Source of the DNA: Clostridia bacterium
GTDB lineage: Bacteria > Bacillota > Clostridia > Oscillospirales > Acutalibacteraceae
Assembly: GCA_017621885.1 (NCBI GenBank)
Contig: JAGASD010000048.1
Span: forward strand, 7,013 to 71,012
Length of the DNA: 64,000 nucleotides
Direction of reading: 5' to 3'
The position numbers were made by a program, and so were the translations under genes. Below the pieces are notes generated by a model. That model was not told where the DNA came from. It saw nothing but the letters and a program-made list of their open reading frames with translations, and did not search any database. This document shows, one piece after another, positions 9,118 through 18,736 of the stretch (position 1 is its first letter; every line of letters starts with the position of its first letter).

Positions 9118-10515
9118 TTATTTTTCATCCGCAATAAATCTGCCCATAAGCACACCCATAACCGAAGCCATCATAAGACCTCTTGTCCAACCGGATGAAT
9201 CACCAAGGCAATGAAGCCCCTTAACACTTGTATTAAGAGATGTATCCATTTTTATTTTATTGCTGTAGAATTTAAGCTCGGGTGAGTAAAGCAGTGTTTC
9301 TGTTGAAGCAAAGCCGGGTACAACGTGGTCTACTGCCTGAATGAAATTAATGATATTAGTCATTGCGCGGTAGGGCATTGCGGCAGTAATATCACCGGCA
9401 ACAGCATCGGGGAGTGAGGGACGTAAGTTCGATTGCGCCAACTCTTTCGGCCACGTGCGTTTACCGTCAAGAATATCACCGTATCGCTGAACGAGGATGT
9501 GACCTGCACCGAGCATATTGGTCAGCTCGCCAACCTTTTGAGCATATTCAATAGGCTGATTAAACGGATGGTTAAAGTTGTGTGAGCAAAGGATTGCTAC
9601 GTTTGTGTTGTTCGATTTTTTCTCTTTGTAAGAATGTCCGTTAACAACCGCAAGGTCATTATCGTAGTTTTCCTGGCTTACAAAACCACCCGGATTCTGG
9701 CAGAAGGTACGCACCTTGTTTTTAAAGGGCTTAGGGTAGCCTATAAGCTTTGATTCGTAAAGCACACGGTTAACCTTTTCCATAACCTCGTTGCGCACCT
9801 CAACGCGCACACCGATATCAACAGTACCTGCCTGATGCTCAATTCCGTGCTCGTTACAAAGCTTTTCAAGCCAGTCTGCACCGCGTCTGCCTGTGGCAAC
9901 AACAACTTTATCAGCATCAATTTGTTGCTTTTCTCCACCCTTGCTTATAAATACACCCTTACAAACGCCGTTTTCAATAAGAATATCGTTACACTCGTAC
10001 CCAAACATCATATCAACACTACTGTTACGAAGGTGGTTTTCAATTTCGAGGTAAAGTGTCTGTGCCTTTTCTGTGCCTAAATGACGGATGGGGCAGTCAA
10101 CAAGCTTGAGACCTGCCTGGATTGCGTTTTTGCGGATTTCCTTGACCTCTGCATCGTTGCTGATGCCCTCAATATGTTCATCCGCACCGAAATCAAGATA
10201 AATTTTATCTGTGTAGTCAATAAGCTCCTGGGCAAAATCTTCACCGATTAAAGCGGGGAGATCACCGCCCACCTCGTAGCTTAATGAAAGCTTACCGTCA
10301 GAGAATGCACCTGCACCTGAAAAGCCTGTTGTAATATGGCAATAAGGCTTGCAGTTTACACAAGTTTTGGTTTTTGCTTTCGGACAGCTGCGTTTTTCAA
10401 CGGGCTGACCTTTTTCTATTATAAGAATTGATTTGTTACAGCCTTTTTTACGCATTTCAAGGGCGGTAAAAATACCCGCAGGACCTGCGCCAACAATAAC
10501 AACGTCATATTTCAT
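9118..10515 (-). CDS. FAD-dependent oxidoreductase (COG2509-like)
   Basis: N-terminal Rossmann motif MKYDVVIVGAGPAGIF. 465 aa. Confidence 0.75.
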   Translation of the reverse strand: MKYDVVIVGAGPAGIFTALEMRKKGCNKSILIIEKGQPVEKRSCPKAKTKTCVNCKPYCHITTGFSGAGAFSDGKLSLSYEVGGDLPALIGEDFAQELIDYTDKIYLDFGADEHIEGISNDAEVKEIRKNAIQAGLKLVDCPIRHLGTEKAQTLYLEIENHLRNSSVDMMFGYECNDILIENGVCKGVFISKGGEKQQIDADKVVVATGRRGADWLEKLCNEHGIEHQAGTVDIGVRVEVRNEVMEKVNRVLYESKLIGYPKPFKNKVRTFCQNPGGFVSQENYDNDLAVVNGHSYKEKKSNNTNVAILCSHNFNHPFNQPIEYAQKVGELTNMLGAGHILVQRYGDILDGKRTWPKELAQSNLRPSLPDAVAGDITAAMPYRAMTNIINFIQAVDHVVPGFASTETLLYSPELKFYSNKIKMDTSLNTSVKGLHCLGDSSGWTRGLMMASVMGVLMGRFIADEK

Positions 10516-11260
10516 TATGTAACAACTCCTTGTATTTATAAGAATTGAATAATTTGTCTGCTTCGGGTGTATAGTTTCCGTTTTCGTCCTCTAAAATTAA
10601 AGGCGGATTAATTCTGAAGCCGGGGGATGAGCCTTTTTTTCCCTCAATAAGCACAAGAGAGGGCTCTTTTCCCACGCGCTGAATAACCTCGCGCATTGAT
10701 TTAGGCTCAATTTTAAATTTACGCATTGCTTCAAAAATATCGGGTAGCCTTTCAGGGCGTTGGCAGATGCAGAATCTGCCACCGAATTTTAAAAGCTTTG
10801 ATGCAGCACAGGCGGCATCCTCAAGAGTGCAGGTGAATTCGTGACGAGCGTTTTTGTAATCCTCACCCTCGTTTACAATACCTGTACCAAGCTTTTTATA
10901 CGGCGGATTGATGCTTACAATGTCATAGTATTCATTAGGAAGAACACCTTTAAGCTCCCTTAAATCACAATGAACAGGGGTGATTTTGCCGATAATACTG
11001 TTTAATTTCAGTGTTTTGTTCAAAAGCCTTATTGCGCTTTCACTTAACTCAACACCAACAATTTCTTTCGGCTGAAAATCCCTCAGCCATAAAAGGGGAA
11101 TAATACCGTTACCCGTGCCGAGATCACAGCATTTATCCTTGTGCCGCGGAGCGCAAAAGTCAGCAAGAATAATGGCATCTGATGTGAAAATGTGCGCTTC
11201 GCTTACAAATATTTTTAAGTTTTTGGCTAAATCCTCGGTTCTTTCTGCTCTTGAAACCAT
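10505..11260 (-). CDS. SAM-dependent N6-adenine methyltransferase (TrmN6/YfiC-like)
   Basis: DLGTGNG SAM-binding motif and NPPY motif (SINPPYKK). Confidence 0.7.
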   Translation of the reverse strand: MVSRAERTEDLAKNLKIFVSEAHIFTSDAIILADFCAPRHKDKCCDLGTGNGIIPLLWLRDFQPKEIVGVELSESAIRLLNKTLKLNSIIGKITPVHCDLRELKGVLPNEYYDIVSINPPYKKLGTGIVNEGEDYKNARHEFTCTLEDAACAASKLLKFGGRFCICQRPERLPDIFEAMRKFKIEPKSMREVIQRVGKEPSLVLIEGKKGSSPGFRINPPLILEDENGNYTPEADKLFNSYKYKELLHNEI

Positions 11261-11378
11261 AAACTGCTCCTTGCTTAAAATTAATCACATACCAATTAAT
11301 TTTACCACAAAGAGCAGTTTTATTCAACAAAATGCCGTTCGTAACAATTCACAAAATAACGTGCTGATATTTGTTTAT

Positions 11379-11918
11379 TTATTCTTCCATCTGTTTTCCG
11401 AGGAAGGTTGCCGCTACTTGCGCAAGCTTAATTTCAGTATCAGTAAGCTTTGTGTAATCACCGTTACTCAAAAAAATGACTGCACCGCCGATATCGCCCG
11501 ATGCAATAATGGGGAAGGCGGTGAGTGCCTCAATGTCGCAGTTTGCAATAGGGTAGAGGCGGTCACTTTCACGGACTTTAATGAAATTATCGCGGTTTTC
11601 CATAATCTCTTCAAGCTCTTTTGAAATGTGTCTTTCAAGATATTCCTTTTTCGGAAGCCCCGCAACGGAAATAACATGATCTCGGTCTGTGATAATCACA
11701 GGTAAATCTGCAGTGCGGCTCAAAATATCGGAATACTGTCCGGAAAACTCAGATAACTCACCCATAGGTGAGTACTTTTTAAAAATAACCTCACCATCAC
11801 TTGCAGTAAATATTTCCAAAGGGTCTCCCTCACGAATACGAAGTGTCCTTCTAATCTCTTTTGGTATTACAACACGACCTAAATCATCTATTCTACGAAC
11901 TATTCCGGTTGCTTTCAT
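11379..11918 (-). CDS. spoVT: Stage V sporulation protein T (AbrB-type N-domain plus GAF-like C-domain)
   Basis: MKATGIVRRIDDLGRVVIPKEIRRTLRIREGDPLEIF is the SpoVT/AbrB swapped-hairpin domain. The 179-aa length fits SpoVT. Confidence 0.85.
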   Translation of the reverse strand: MKATGIVRRIDDLGRVVIPKEIRRTLRIREGDPLEIFTASDGEVIFKKYSPMGELSEFSGQYSDILSRTADLPVIITDRDHVISVAGLPKKEYLERHISKELEEIMENRDNFIKVRESDRLYPIANCDIEALTAFPIIASGDIGGAVIFLSNGDYTKLTDTEIKLAQVAATFLGKQMEE

Positions 11919-11990
11919 ATATTCATTTCTCCTTAAATTACAAATTGTGTTGTTATTATCTGTATTTTGAGGAGATTTATACTGATTATA
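11887..11990 (-). repeat. Copy A (functional) of the spoVT 5' module: first about 11 codons, RBS and upstream region
   Basis: 11887-11922 is identical over 36 nt to 15221-15256. Similarity continues for about 70 nt upstream of the start codon. Confidence 0.85.
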
Positions 11991-12000
11991 TTTTTGAATA

Positions 12001-13248
12001 TTATTCTAACCCTAAGACCTTTTTGTAATTTTGAACTTGTTTTTCAGTGGGTTTGAAATCCCTTTGAGAGCAGCATGGAATGGTGGGTTTGCTGCCATCT
12101 TGACTATAAAACGGTGACAAACGGTCATTATCATAGAGCTTGCAATCCTCTTCCTTAGTGAAATCGGGAATGTCATACGGCTTGCCGCCTTCAAGCATTG
12201 AACGGTGGGCAAGAATTGCAACCGAAGACATATTGGTAGCACTATATATATCAAAAGGATGTTCCGGTTGTTTGCCTTTCTTTATACAGTCAAGAAACAC
12301 GCGAGCGGTTAAATAATCTCCACCACCGTGACCGCTGGTTTTGAATATTTCTTCATCAGGGTCATTCCACTTAGGCTCATAAAGATTTACTTCATCCATA
12401 CCTTCAGGCTTTGACCAACCGTTATAACGGAGCATTACTTTATTGCCCATTCCACGTAAATTTTCTATCTGTCCTTCTGTTCCGCATATTCTATATGCGT
12501 TATGATGCCCACCAAATGCCGCACAACCGGTTATTCTAAAGATAGAGCCATCATCATTTTGAGTTGTAACAATGGAAACACGGTCGCCGCTAAAGCTTGC
12601 TATTGGTGCATCCCCCTCTATAGGTGCAAAGGCGGCGAATGATGTTACCTTCTTTGGAGTTGCTCCTGTTGCCCACATAACGGGACCCAAAGAATGCGTT
12701 ATATAATAACTTCGCGGCAAGAAATTGCGCCAATGCTCAGGAAAATAGTTATATGTTTTTTTGAATTTTACATCATTAGGATCGCCCGGATGATTATACT
12801 CACCCTCTGCATAAAGAATTTTACCCAAAGTTCCACCATCGCAAACGCGTTTCATTTCGCGGTTGAATATCATTTGAGGATAGTTTTCTGCAAGCATATA
12901 AATACTATTACTCTTTTCAAATGCTTTGAGCAGTTCTATACCTTCTGCCATAGTACCGTTACTGATACATTCACTGAAAACATGAATTCCTTTTTCAAAG
13001 CATTTTATAGCAAAAGGAGCGTGCTCATGAAAATAGTTTGCGAGCACTACCGCATCCAAACCATGCTCAATAAAAGAATCGAAATCGGAATAAATCGCCG
13101 TGTCAGTTCCTACTTTTTTGGCCGCTGCATCTAAACGCTCTTTATTAAAATCGCAGATAGCGGCAATGTCAGCACCGAGAAGCATAAAATCCTTTGCAAG
13201 ATCCATTCCTCTGCCAACACCAAAAATACCTACTTTAATTTTTTCCAT
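12001..13248 (-). CDS. Gfo/Idh/MocA family oxidoreductase
   Basis: N-terminal KVGIFGVGRG Rossmann motif. Start at ATG 13248 follows AAGGAG. Confidence 0.8.
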   Translation of the reverse strand: MEKIKVGIFGVGRGMDLAKDFMLLGADIAAICDFNKERLDAAAKKVGTDTAIYSDFDSFIEHGLDAVVLANYFHEHAPFAIKCFEKGIHVFSECISNGTMAEGIELLKAFEKSNSIYMLAENYPQMIFNREMKRVCDGGTLGKILYAEGEYNHPGDPNDVKFKKTYNYFPEHWRNFLPRSYYITHSLGPVMWATGATPKKVTSFAAFAPIEGDAPIASFSGDRVSIVTTQNDDGSIFRITGCAAFGGHHNAYRICGTEGQIENLRGMGNKVMLRYNGWSKPEGMDEVNLYEPKWNDPDEEIFKTSGHGGGDYLTARVFLDCIKKGKQPEHPFDIYSATNMSSVAILAHRSMLEGGKPYDIPDFTKEEDCKLYDNDRLSPFYSQDGSKPTIPCCSQRDFKPTEKQVQNYKKVLGLE

Positions 13249-13269
13249 AAAAACCACTCCTTATATTTT

Positions 13270-14190
13270 TTAAATCGGTATTGCAAACAATAACAGCAAT
13301 CCAATAAAAGCAACTATAATTGATAAAATTTCTTTTTTCGATGGCTTGTTCTTTCCAAAAAAACAGATAAGAGTTGAAACCATCATCACTCCGCCCGTTA
13401 CCATTGGGTATTGAACGGATGCATCAACATGAGCTAATGCGATAACAAGAACTAAATTTGCTATTCTATTAGTAATTCCTGAGGCAGCACCTATAACCGT
13501 TCCCGCAAATGAAAACGTTTCTCCCTTTGATTGATTTTTGGAAATAATCAACAATAAAACACCGGAAATAACCACACTGCAAATAGATATTAAATTCGTA
13601 TATCCCGTTGCGCTTGTTTTCGGAACGTTCGATTCGGCAAAAATTTTCGAAAGCACTCCCGACATGCCATTAAGGATAAATACGCATACATAGTAAATCG
13701 TGCCTTTTTTTCTTTCTCCTTTTTCGACCGTCAAAACAAGTGCAAACGTTATGAATAAAAAACAGAACGCTTTTGCAACCGTGATTTTTTCGCCGTAAAA
13801 CAGTATGCCCTGTAAAAACGGGAGCACCATACCGCCGAGCATCGAAAATAAGGAATAAAGGGATAGGTTAATTCTATCAAGAGCTTTAAAAGAGCAAAAA
13901 GTGAATGCAAAGCCGTTAAGGGAAGCAAGTATTGCCATAATGAATGTGAACGGCGTAAATTCAAGTTTTAAACCGTTTACCAGTATTAAAACAACGAAGC
14001 CCGCTAACGAGCCTATCAAAGAGAATTGCAGACTAATTTTGATACTGCTACCTCTTCTTTGCCGATATGCGTCGTTAAGAGCAAAGCAACCACCGAACAT
14101 CACGACGGACAACACGATAAGTGCATAATACACATTCTTCACCCCCCCATTTTTTACATACATTATATAGTTCGTTTTCCTTATGTTCAA
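13270..14190 (-). CDS. Polytopic membrane protein, DMT/EamA-like transporter (start uncertain)
   Basis: About 10 hydrophobic segments. Possible internal starts at 14163, 14142 or 14133. Confidence 0.55.
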   Translation of the reverse strand: MNIRKTNYIMYVKNGGVKNVYYALIVLSVVMFGGCFALNDAYRQRRGSSIKISLQFSLIGSLAGFVVLILVNGLKLEFTPFTFIMAILASLNGFAFTFCSFKALDRINLSLYSLFSMLGGMVLPFLQGILFYGEKITVAKAFCFLFITFALVLTVEKGERKKGTIYYVCVFILNGMSGVLSKIFAESNVPKTSATGYTNLISICSVVISGVLLLIISKNQSKGETFSFAGTVIGAASGITNRIANLVLVIALAHVDASVQYPMVTGGVMMVSTLICFFGKNKPSKKEILSIIVAFIGLLLLFAIPI

Positions 14191-14241
14191 TGGAATATTT
14201 CCATTGAAACATTAAAATAAGTTTGATTTTTTCGTTTTTGT

Positions 14242-15081
14242 TTGATATACTGTAAAAAACGACATAAAACGGGAGTGGGTGCCGTGAAATCAAAAAACAT
14301 CTGCAAATTTGTTCCTGCAGATATAGCCAGCCAACTTATGCCAACACAGTTTATTTTGGAAACCGATTCGGAAGCTATGCGCAATGCCACACCGAAGCCT
14401 GTTTATCGAATGGTTCTTATTACGAACCACTCGGGGAAACTCAGCCTTAACAATGGTTCTTATCGTTGTTCTGCCGGCGACATCATAATACTTTTTGAAA
14501 ACGAAACCTATTATTTTGAAGGTGAAGCGGGTTTTCAATATATGTATATTGATTTTAAGGGGCTGCGTTCCAACGAACTGTTTCGGCGATTCGGCATAAA
14601 CGAATCCAACAGAATGTTTTCCGGCTTTGAGGGACTGATCCCTCTGTGGATGGAAAGCCTTTCAAGAGCTTCCAAAGAAAATATCGACCTTGTTTCCGAA
14701 AGTATCCTTTTATACACATTTTCAAAATTAAACTCTGAATATACAAAATCCGATGATTGTATCAACAAAATAATAGAAATCACCGAGCAAGATTTTTCCG
14801 ACCCGCAATTATCTATAAGATCTATCGCAGAACAATTAGGATACAACGCAAAGTATTTATCTCATATTTTTAAGAGAAAAAACGGTATCGGATATACTGA
14901 GTATCTGCAAAACTTTAGAATTAAATATGCCATTTCCCTCTTTGAAAACGGTTTGGATTCCATAAAAAACGTTGCCCTGCTATCGGGATTTACCGACCCT
15001 TTATATTTTTCAACCGTCTTTAAAAACAAAACGGGCTCTTCCCCTAAAACCTATATTAAGAATCTTTTTAAAAAACAATAA
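14242..15081 (+). CDS. AraC family transcriptional regulator
   Basis: C-terminal double HTH (SIRSIAEQLGYNAKYLSHIFKR ... VALLSGFTDPLYFSTVFKNKTGSSP). Start may be GTG 14284, which follows GGGAG. Confidence 0.85.
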   Translation: MIYCKKRHKTGVGAVKSKNICKFVPADIASQLMPTQFILETDSEAMRNATPKPVYRMVLITNHSGKLSLNNGSYRCSAGDIIILFENETYYFEGEAGFQYMYIDFKGLRSNELFRRFGINESNRMFSGFEGLIPLWMESLSRASKENIDLVSESILLYTFSKLNSEYTKSDDCINKIIEITEQDFSDPQLSIRSIAEQLGYNAKYLSHIFKRKNGIGYTEYLQNFRIKYAISLFENGLDSIKNVALLSGFTDPLYFSTVFKNKTGSSPKTYIKNLFKKQ

Positions 15082-15083
15082 AA

Positions 15084-15114
15084 ATGCGGAGTGGATTTGC
15101 CACCCCGCATTTTT
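15084..15114 (+). terminator. Intrinsic terminator after the araC-like gene
   Basis: ATGCGGaGTGG-atttg-CCACcCCGCAT followed by TTTT. Confidence 0.7.
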
Positions 15115-15218
15115 GCTATATGTTTATGATGTTTTGAACAAATTGAATCGAATTAAAAACTGCTAAAAAACCAGTGCTCATGAGGGTTTATCGCATTTTT
15201 GTGTTATTATTACACGAG

Positions 15219-15353
15219 CCTCTATTCTACGAACTATTCCGGTTGCTTTCATATATATCATTCTCCTTAAAAATCAAATCTTGATGTTAGTATTTGTGAT
15301 TAAATGGAAATTATACTATCGTAATTTACTTTTTGCTTTGTTTGTGATATAAT
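15219..15353. repeat. Copy B of the spoVT 5' module, fused to a rightward sigma-A-like promoter
   Basis: Minus strand carries AAGGAGA RBS plus ATGAAAGCAACCGGAATAGTTCGTAGAATAGAG (MKATGIVRRIE...), a 24-codon ORF ending at 15178. Plus strand carries TTTACT (15325-15330), 17 nt, TGnTATAAT (15345-15353). Confidence 0.85.
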
Positions 15354-15409
15354 GTGTCTCAAATTGTTTGCATAGTTTGAACAAGTATTGTTTTTGGGAG
15401 ATATAATTA

Positions 15410-16189
15410 ATGGATTACATTGTTACGATAATTGTGACCTTCTTTGCAGGTATGGGTGCAGGACTCGGTACCGGGTTTGCAGGAATGAGTGCTGCTGCGG
15501 TAATAACGCCTATGTTGATTACGTTTCTTAATATAGAGCCGTATACAGCAGTAGGTATTGCGCTTGCGTCAGATGTGTTGGCTAGCGCTGTTTCTGCCTT
15601 TACCTATAAAAAGAATAAAAATTTAGATATCAAAAACGGCTTGCTTATGATGTCAATGGTTCTGTTGTTCACTGTTGTGGGTAGTTATGTTTCCAGTATT
15701 GTTCCTGCTCAGACTATGGGTGGCCTCAGCACATTTATGACGTTGATTTTAGGTATAAAATTCATTGCAAAGCCGGTTATGACAACCAAGCAGGAAATGG
15801 AGTCTGTCAGCAGAAAAAGAAAAATTACAGGTTCTGTTGTTTGCGGAATTTTTATAGGCTTCATCTGCGGTTTTGTAGGTGCCGGCGGTGGTATGATGAT
15901 GCTTCTTATACTTACCTCTGTTTTAGGATACGAATTAAAAACTGCCGTAGGCACAAGTGTATTTATTATGACCTTCACCGCATTAACGGGTGCAATTTCG
16001 CACTTTTCTCTTGGAGACTCGCCCGACATTACGGTTATGGCTTTGTGTATTATCTTTACATTCGTTTGGGCGCGCATTGCAGCAAGATTTGCAAACAAAG
16101 CAAAGCCTCAAACCCTCAATAGAGTAGTAGGTGTAGTGTTGGTTGTGTTGGGTATGGTTATACTGGGATTTGAATATTTTATAAAATAA
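15410..16189 (+). CDS. TauE/SafE (TSUP) family anion exporter
   Basis: 259-aa polytopic protein with Gly-rich helices typical of TSUP proteins (GAGLGTGFAGMSAAAV, FVGAGGGMMM). Confidence 0.8.
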   Translation: MDYIVTIIVTFFAGMGAGLGTGFAGMSAAAVITPMLITFLNIEPYTAVGIALASDVLASAVSAFTYKKNKNLDIKNGLLMMSMVLLFTVVGSYVSSIVPAQTMGGLSTFMTLILGIKFIAKPVMTTKQEMESVSRKRKITGSVVCGIFIGFICGFVGAGGGMMMLLILTSVLGYELKTAVGTSVFIMTFTALTGAISHFSLGDSPDITVMALCIIFTFVWARIAARFANKAKPQTLNRVVGVVLVVLGMVILGFEYFIK

Positions 16190-16326
16190 AACACAAGCGG
16201 GGTGAGATTCATCTCGCTTTTACTATGTAAAAACCGTTTCTTTACACCAATGTGTCGGGTGCGGCAAATCATCGAAGCTCTGGTGTTTATGCGGGTTTCA
16301 AGCGGCTTGCCCTATTATAAACCATT

Positions 16327-16459
16327 CCTCTATTTTTATCACAATTCCGGTTGCTTTCATATATACATTTCACTTAAACTCAAATTATGTTACTTGTATT
16401 TGTGATTAAATGGAATTTATACTATGTGAATTTACTTTTTAGATTGAATATGCTATAAT
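16327..16459. repeat. Copy C of the spoVT 5' module, fused to a rightward sigma-A-like promoter
   Basis: Collinear with copy B over about 133 nt. Minus strand reads ATGAAAGCAACCGGAATTGTG... with a degraded RBS. Plus strand carries TTTACT (16431-16436), 17 nt, TGcTATAAT (16451-16459). Confidence 0.85.
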
Positions 16460-16497
16460 CAACACATCTTAAAATCATTCATACAAAGGCGGTAAAT

Positions 16498-17868
16498 ATG
16501 AATATTGAACAACTTTTAGAAAAACAGCGAAAGTATTTCAGGAGCGGCGAGACATTGCCTGTCAACTTCCGTATAAAAAATCTTATAAAGCTCTACAAAT
16601 GTATAAGAAAGTACGAAGACGACATAAACATAGCCCTTGAAAAAGACCTTGGTAAATGTCAGTTTGAGGCGTTTACTTGTGAAACCGGTCTTGTGCTTAT
16701 GGAGCTTAATTATATGATTCGTCATACTCCTGCTTATGCCTCAAAGCATCGGATTTATACACCTATTGGTCAATGTATCGGTAGTGGCTACAAAAAGTCC
16801 GTGCCATATGGCAACGTGCTTGTAATGAGCCCTTGGAATTACCCGTTCCTTCTTACAATGGAGCCTGTTTCGGACGCTATTGCCGCAGGTAACACAATTA
16901 TCGTTAAGCCCAGCGCGTATGCTCCCGCAACGGGCGATATTATCGAAAAAATTATAAAGGAATGCTTCAACGAGGAATATATTGCGGTTGTAAGGGGAGG
17001 AAGAGCAGAAAATGCAGAGCTTCTTAAACAGAAGTTTGATATGATTTTCTTTACGGGCAGTCAGGCTGTTGGTAAAGAGGTTTTGCGTTGCGCTGCAGAG
17101 CATATTACACCTGTTGTGCTTGAGCTTGGGGGTAAAAGTCCTTGTGTGGTTGACTCGACCGCACGTATTAAAACTGCAGCAAGGCGTATTGTTTACGGCA
17201 AATTCCTTAACTGCGGTCAGACCTGCGTTGTGCCGGACTACGTGATTTGTCACACAAGTGTTAAAGATAAACTTGTTGAAGAAATCTGTAATCAGATTAA
17301 AGTTCAATTTGGTGAAAATCCCTTGGAAAATCCCGAATACGGCAGAATTATCAATGAAAAGCACTTTAACAGAGTTTGTAATTTGATTGATAAGAATAAA
17401 GTGGTCTTCGGTGGTCAAACAAATTCCGAAAAACTTAAAATCGCTCCCACCGTTATGGATAATGTAACATGGGATGATGCAGTTATGCAGGAAGAAATTT
17501 TCGGACCTGTTTTGCCCATTCTCACTTTTGATTCTTATGATGAATTATATGAGTTGTTTGCAAACAAACCAAAGCCTCTTGGATTTTACATATTCTCCGA
17601 AGACAGAAAAAGTGTAAATATGACTATTGAGCGTTGTGCTTTCGGTGGCGGTTGCGTAAATGATACAATTATGCAGATTGCCATTAACAGCTTCGGCTTT
17701 GGCGGTGTGGGTGAAAGCGGTATGGGTAGCTACCACGGCAAAGCGGGCTTCAATGCCTTTTCGCACGAAAAGAGTATTCATAAAAAGGTTACCTGGTTTG
17801 ATTTCCCTGTAAGGTATTCTCCGCACAACAAGGTTTTCAAATTCTTGTCACATCTTTATTTAAGGTAA
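16498..17868 (+). CDS. Aldehyde dehydrogenase (class 3-like ALDH)
   Basis: ELGGKSP and FLNCGQTCVVPDY catalytic Glu/Cys motifs. 456 aa. Confidence 0.9.
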   Translation: MNIEQLLEKQRKYFRSGETLPVNFRIKNLIKLYKCIRKYEDDINIALEKDLGKCQFEAFTCETGLVLMELNYMIRHTPAYASKHRIYTPIGQCIGSGYKKSVPYGNVLVMSPWNYPFLLTMEPVSDAIAAGNTIIVKPSAYAPATGDIIEKIIKECFNEEYIAVVRGGRAENAELLKQKFDMIFFTGSQAVGKEVLRCAAEHITPVVLELGGKSPCVVDSTARIKTAARRIVYGKFLNCGQTCVVPDYVICHTSVKDKLVEEICNQIKVQFGENPLENPEYGRIINEKHFNRVCNLIDKNKVVFGGQTNSEKLKIAPTVMDNVTWDDAVMQEEIFGPVLPILTFDSYDELYELFANKPKPLGFYIFSEDRKSVNMTIERCAFGGGCVNDTIMQIAINSFGFGGVGESGMGSYHGKAGFNAFSHEKSIHKKVTWFDFPVRYSPHNKVFKFLSHLYLR

Positions 17869-17902
17869 ACTTACATTATAAAATAACAAGGAGTGACTTT
17901 TT

Positions 17903-18709
17903 ATGTCAGATATAATAAAAAATATTTCCCTTGAAAACATTTCCCTCACCAAGGCAATTTCCGTGGTGGCGTTAATCGTGGTTTGTCTTGTTGCTGTTAA
18001 GGTGATATTGTTTCTTTTTGATAAGTTTGTAAAAAAAGTCAAGCTTGATGCCTTGATTTGTAAAATTCTTCGCATAGCGGTAAAGGTTTTGTTGCTGTTT
18101 GTTTCCGTGATAATTGTTTTGGGCAGCGTTGGTGTTTCTGTTTCATCCCTTGTTGCCGCATTATCTGTTGTCGGTGTTGCTTTTTCACTCGCCATTCAGG
18201 GCTTTTTGTCAAATGTTTTCGGCGGTATACAGATTATTTCAAACAAACCCTTTCACATAGGTGATTATGTGGATGCAGGCGGAGAGTCAGGTATAGTACG
18301 AGAAGTAGGGCTCTTTTACACAAAGCTTGATACGTATGATAAAAAGCTTATTCAGATTCCAAACAGCACAATTGCAAATTCAAATATCACAAACTATTCA
18401 AGTGCCGTTAACAGACGTGTTGATATAACAGTCAGCGCATCTTATGATGACGAGGTTGAAAAAGTTAAAAATACACTTCTTCAGTTGGTTTGTGAGCATC
18501 CGTTGGTTCTCAGAGAGGATGGTACCGAACCCGTTGTCTATGTGAGCGCTTATAACGCTAACGACATCAGTTACACCTTGCGTGCATGGTGTAAAAGCGG
18601 TGATTACTGGACTGTTTATCACGATATAATGGACAACATAAAACCCACATTCGACAAAAACGGAATAGCAATGAGTTATCCCCACGTTAATGTTCATATG
18701 GTGGAGTAA
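17903..18709 (+). CDS. Small-conductance mechanosensitive channel (MscS family)
   Basis: Three N-terminal TM helices followed by the MscS beta domain (ISNKPFHIGDYVDAGGESGIVREVGLFYTKL). Confidence 0.85.
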   Translation: MSDIIKNISLENISLTKAISVVALIVVCLVAVKVILFLFDKFVKKVKLDALICKILRIAVKVLLLFVSVIIVLGSVGVSVSSLVAALSVVGVAFSLAIQGFLSNVFGGIQIISNKPFHIGDYVDAGGESGIVREVGLFYTKLDTYDKKLIQIPNSTIANSNITNYSSAVNRRVDITVSASYDDEVEKVKNTLLQLVCEHPLVLREDGTEPVVYVSAYNANDISYTLRAWCKSGDYWTVYHDIMDNIKPTFDKNGIAMSYPHVNVHMVE

Positions 18710-18736
18710 ACATAATGTAAAACAATAAATCGCGGA

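Noticed and set aside
11115-11624. 169-aa plus-strand ORF.
   Set aside because: It is antisense to the methyltransferase and spoVT genes and spans their intergenic region. It has no motifs or RBS.
16741-17418. 225-aa minus-strand ORF.
   Set aside because: It is entirely antisense to the well-supported aldehyde dehydrogenase gene, and the composition of its translation is typical of an antisense frame.
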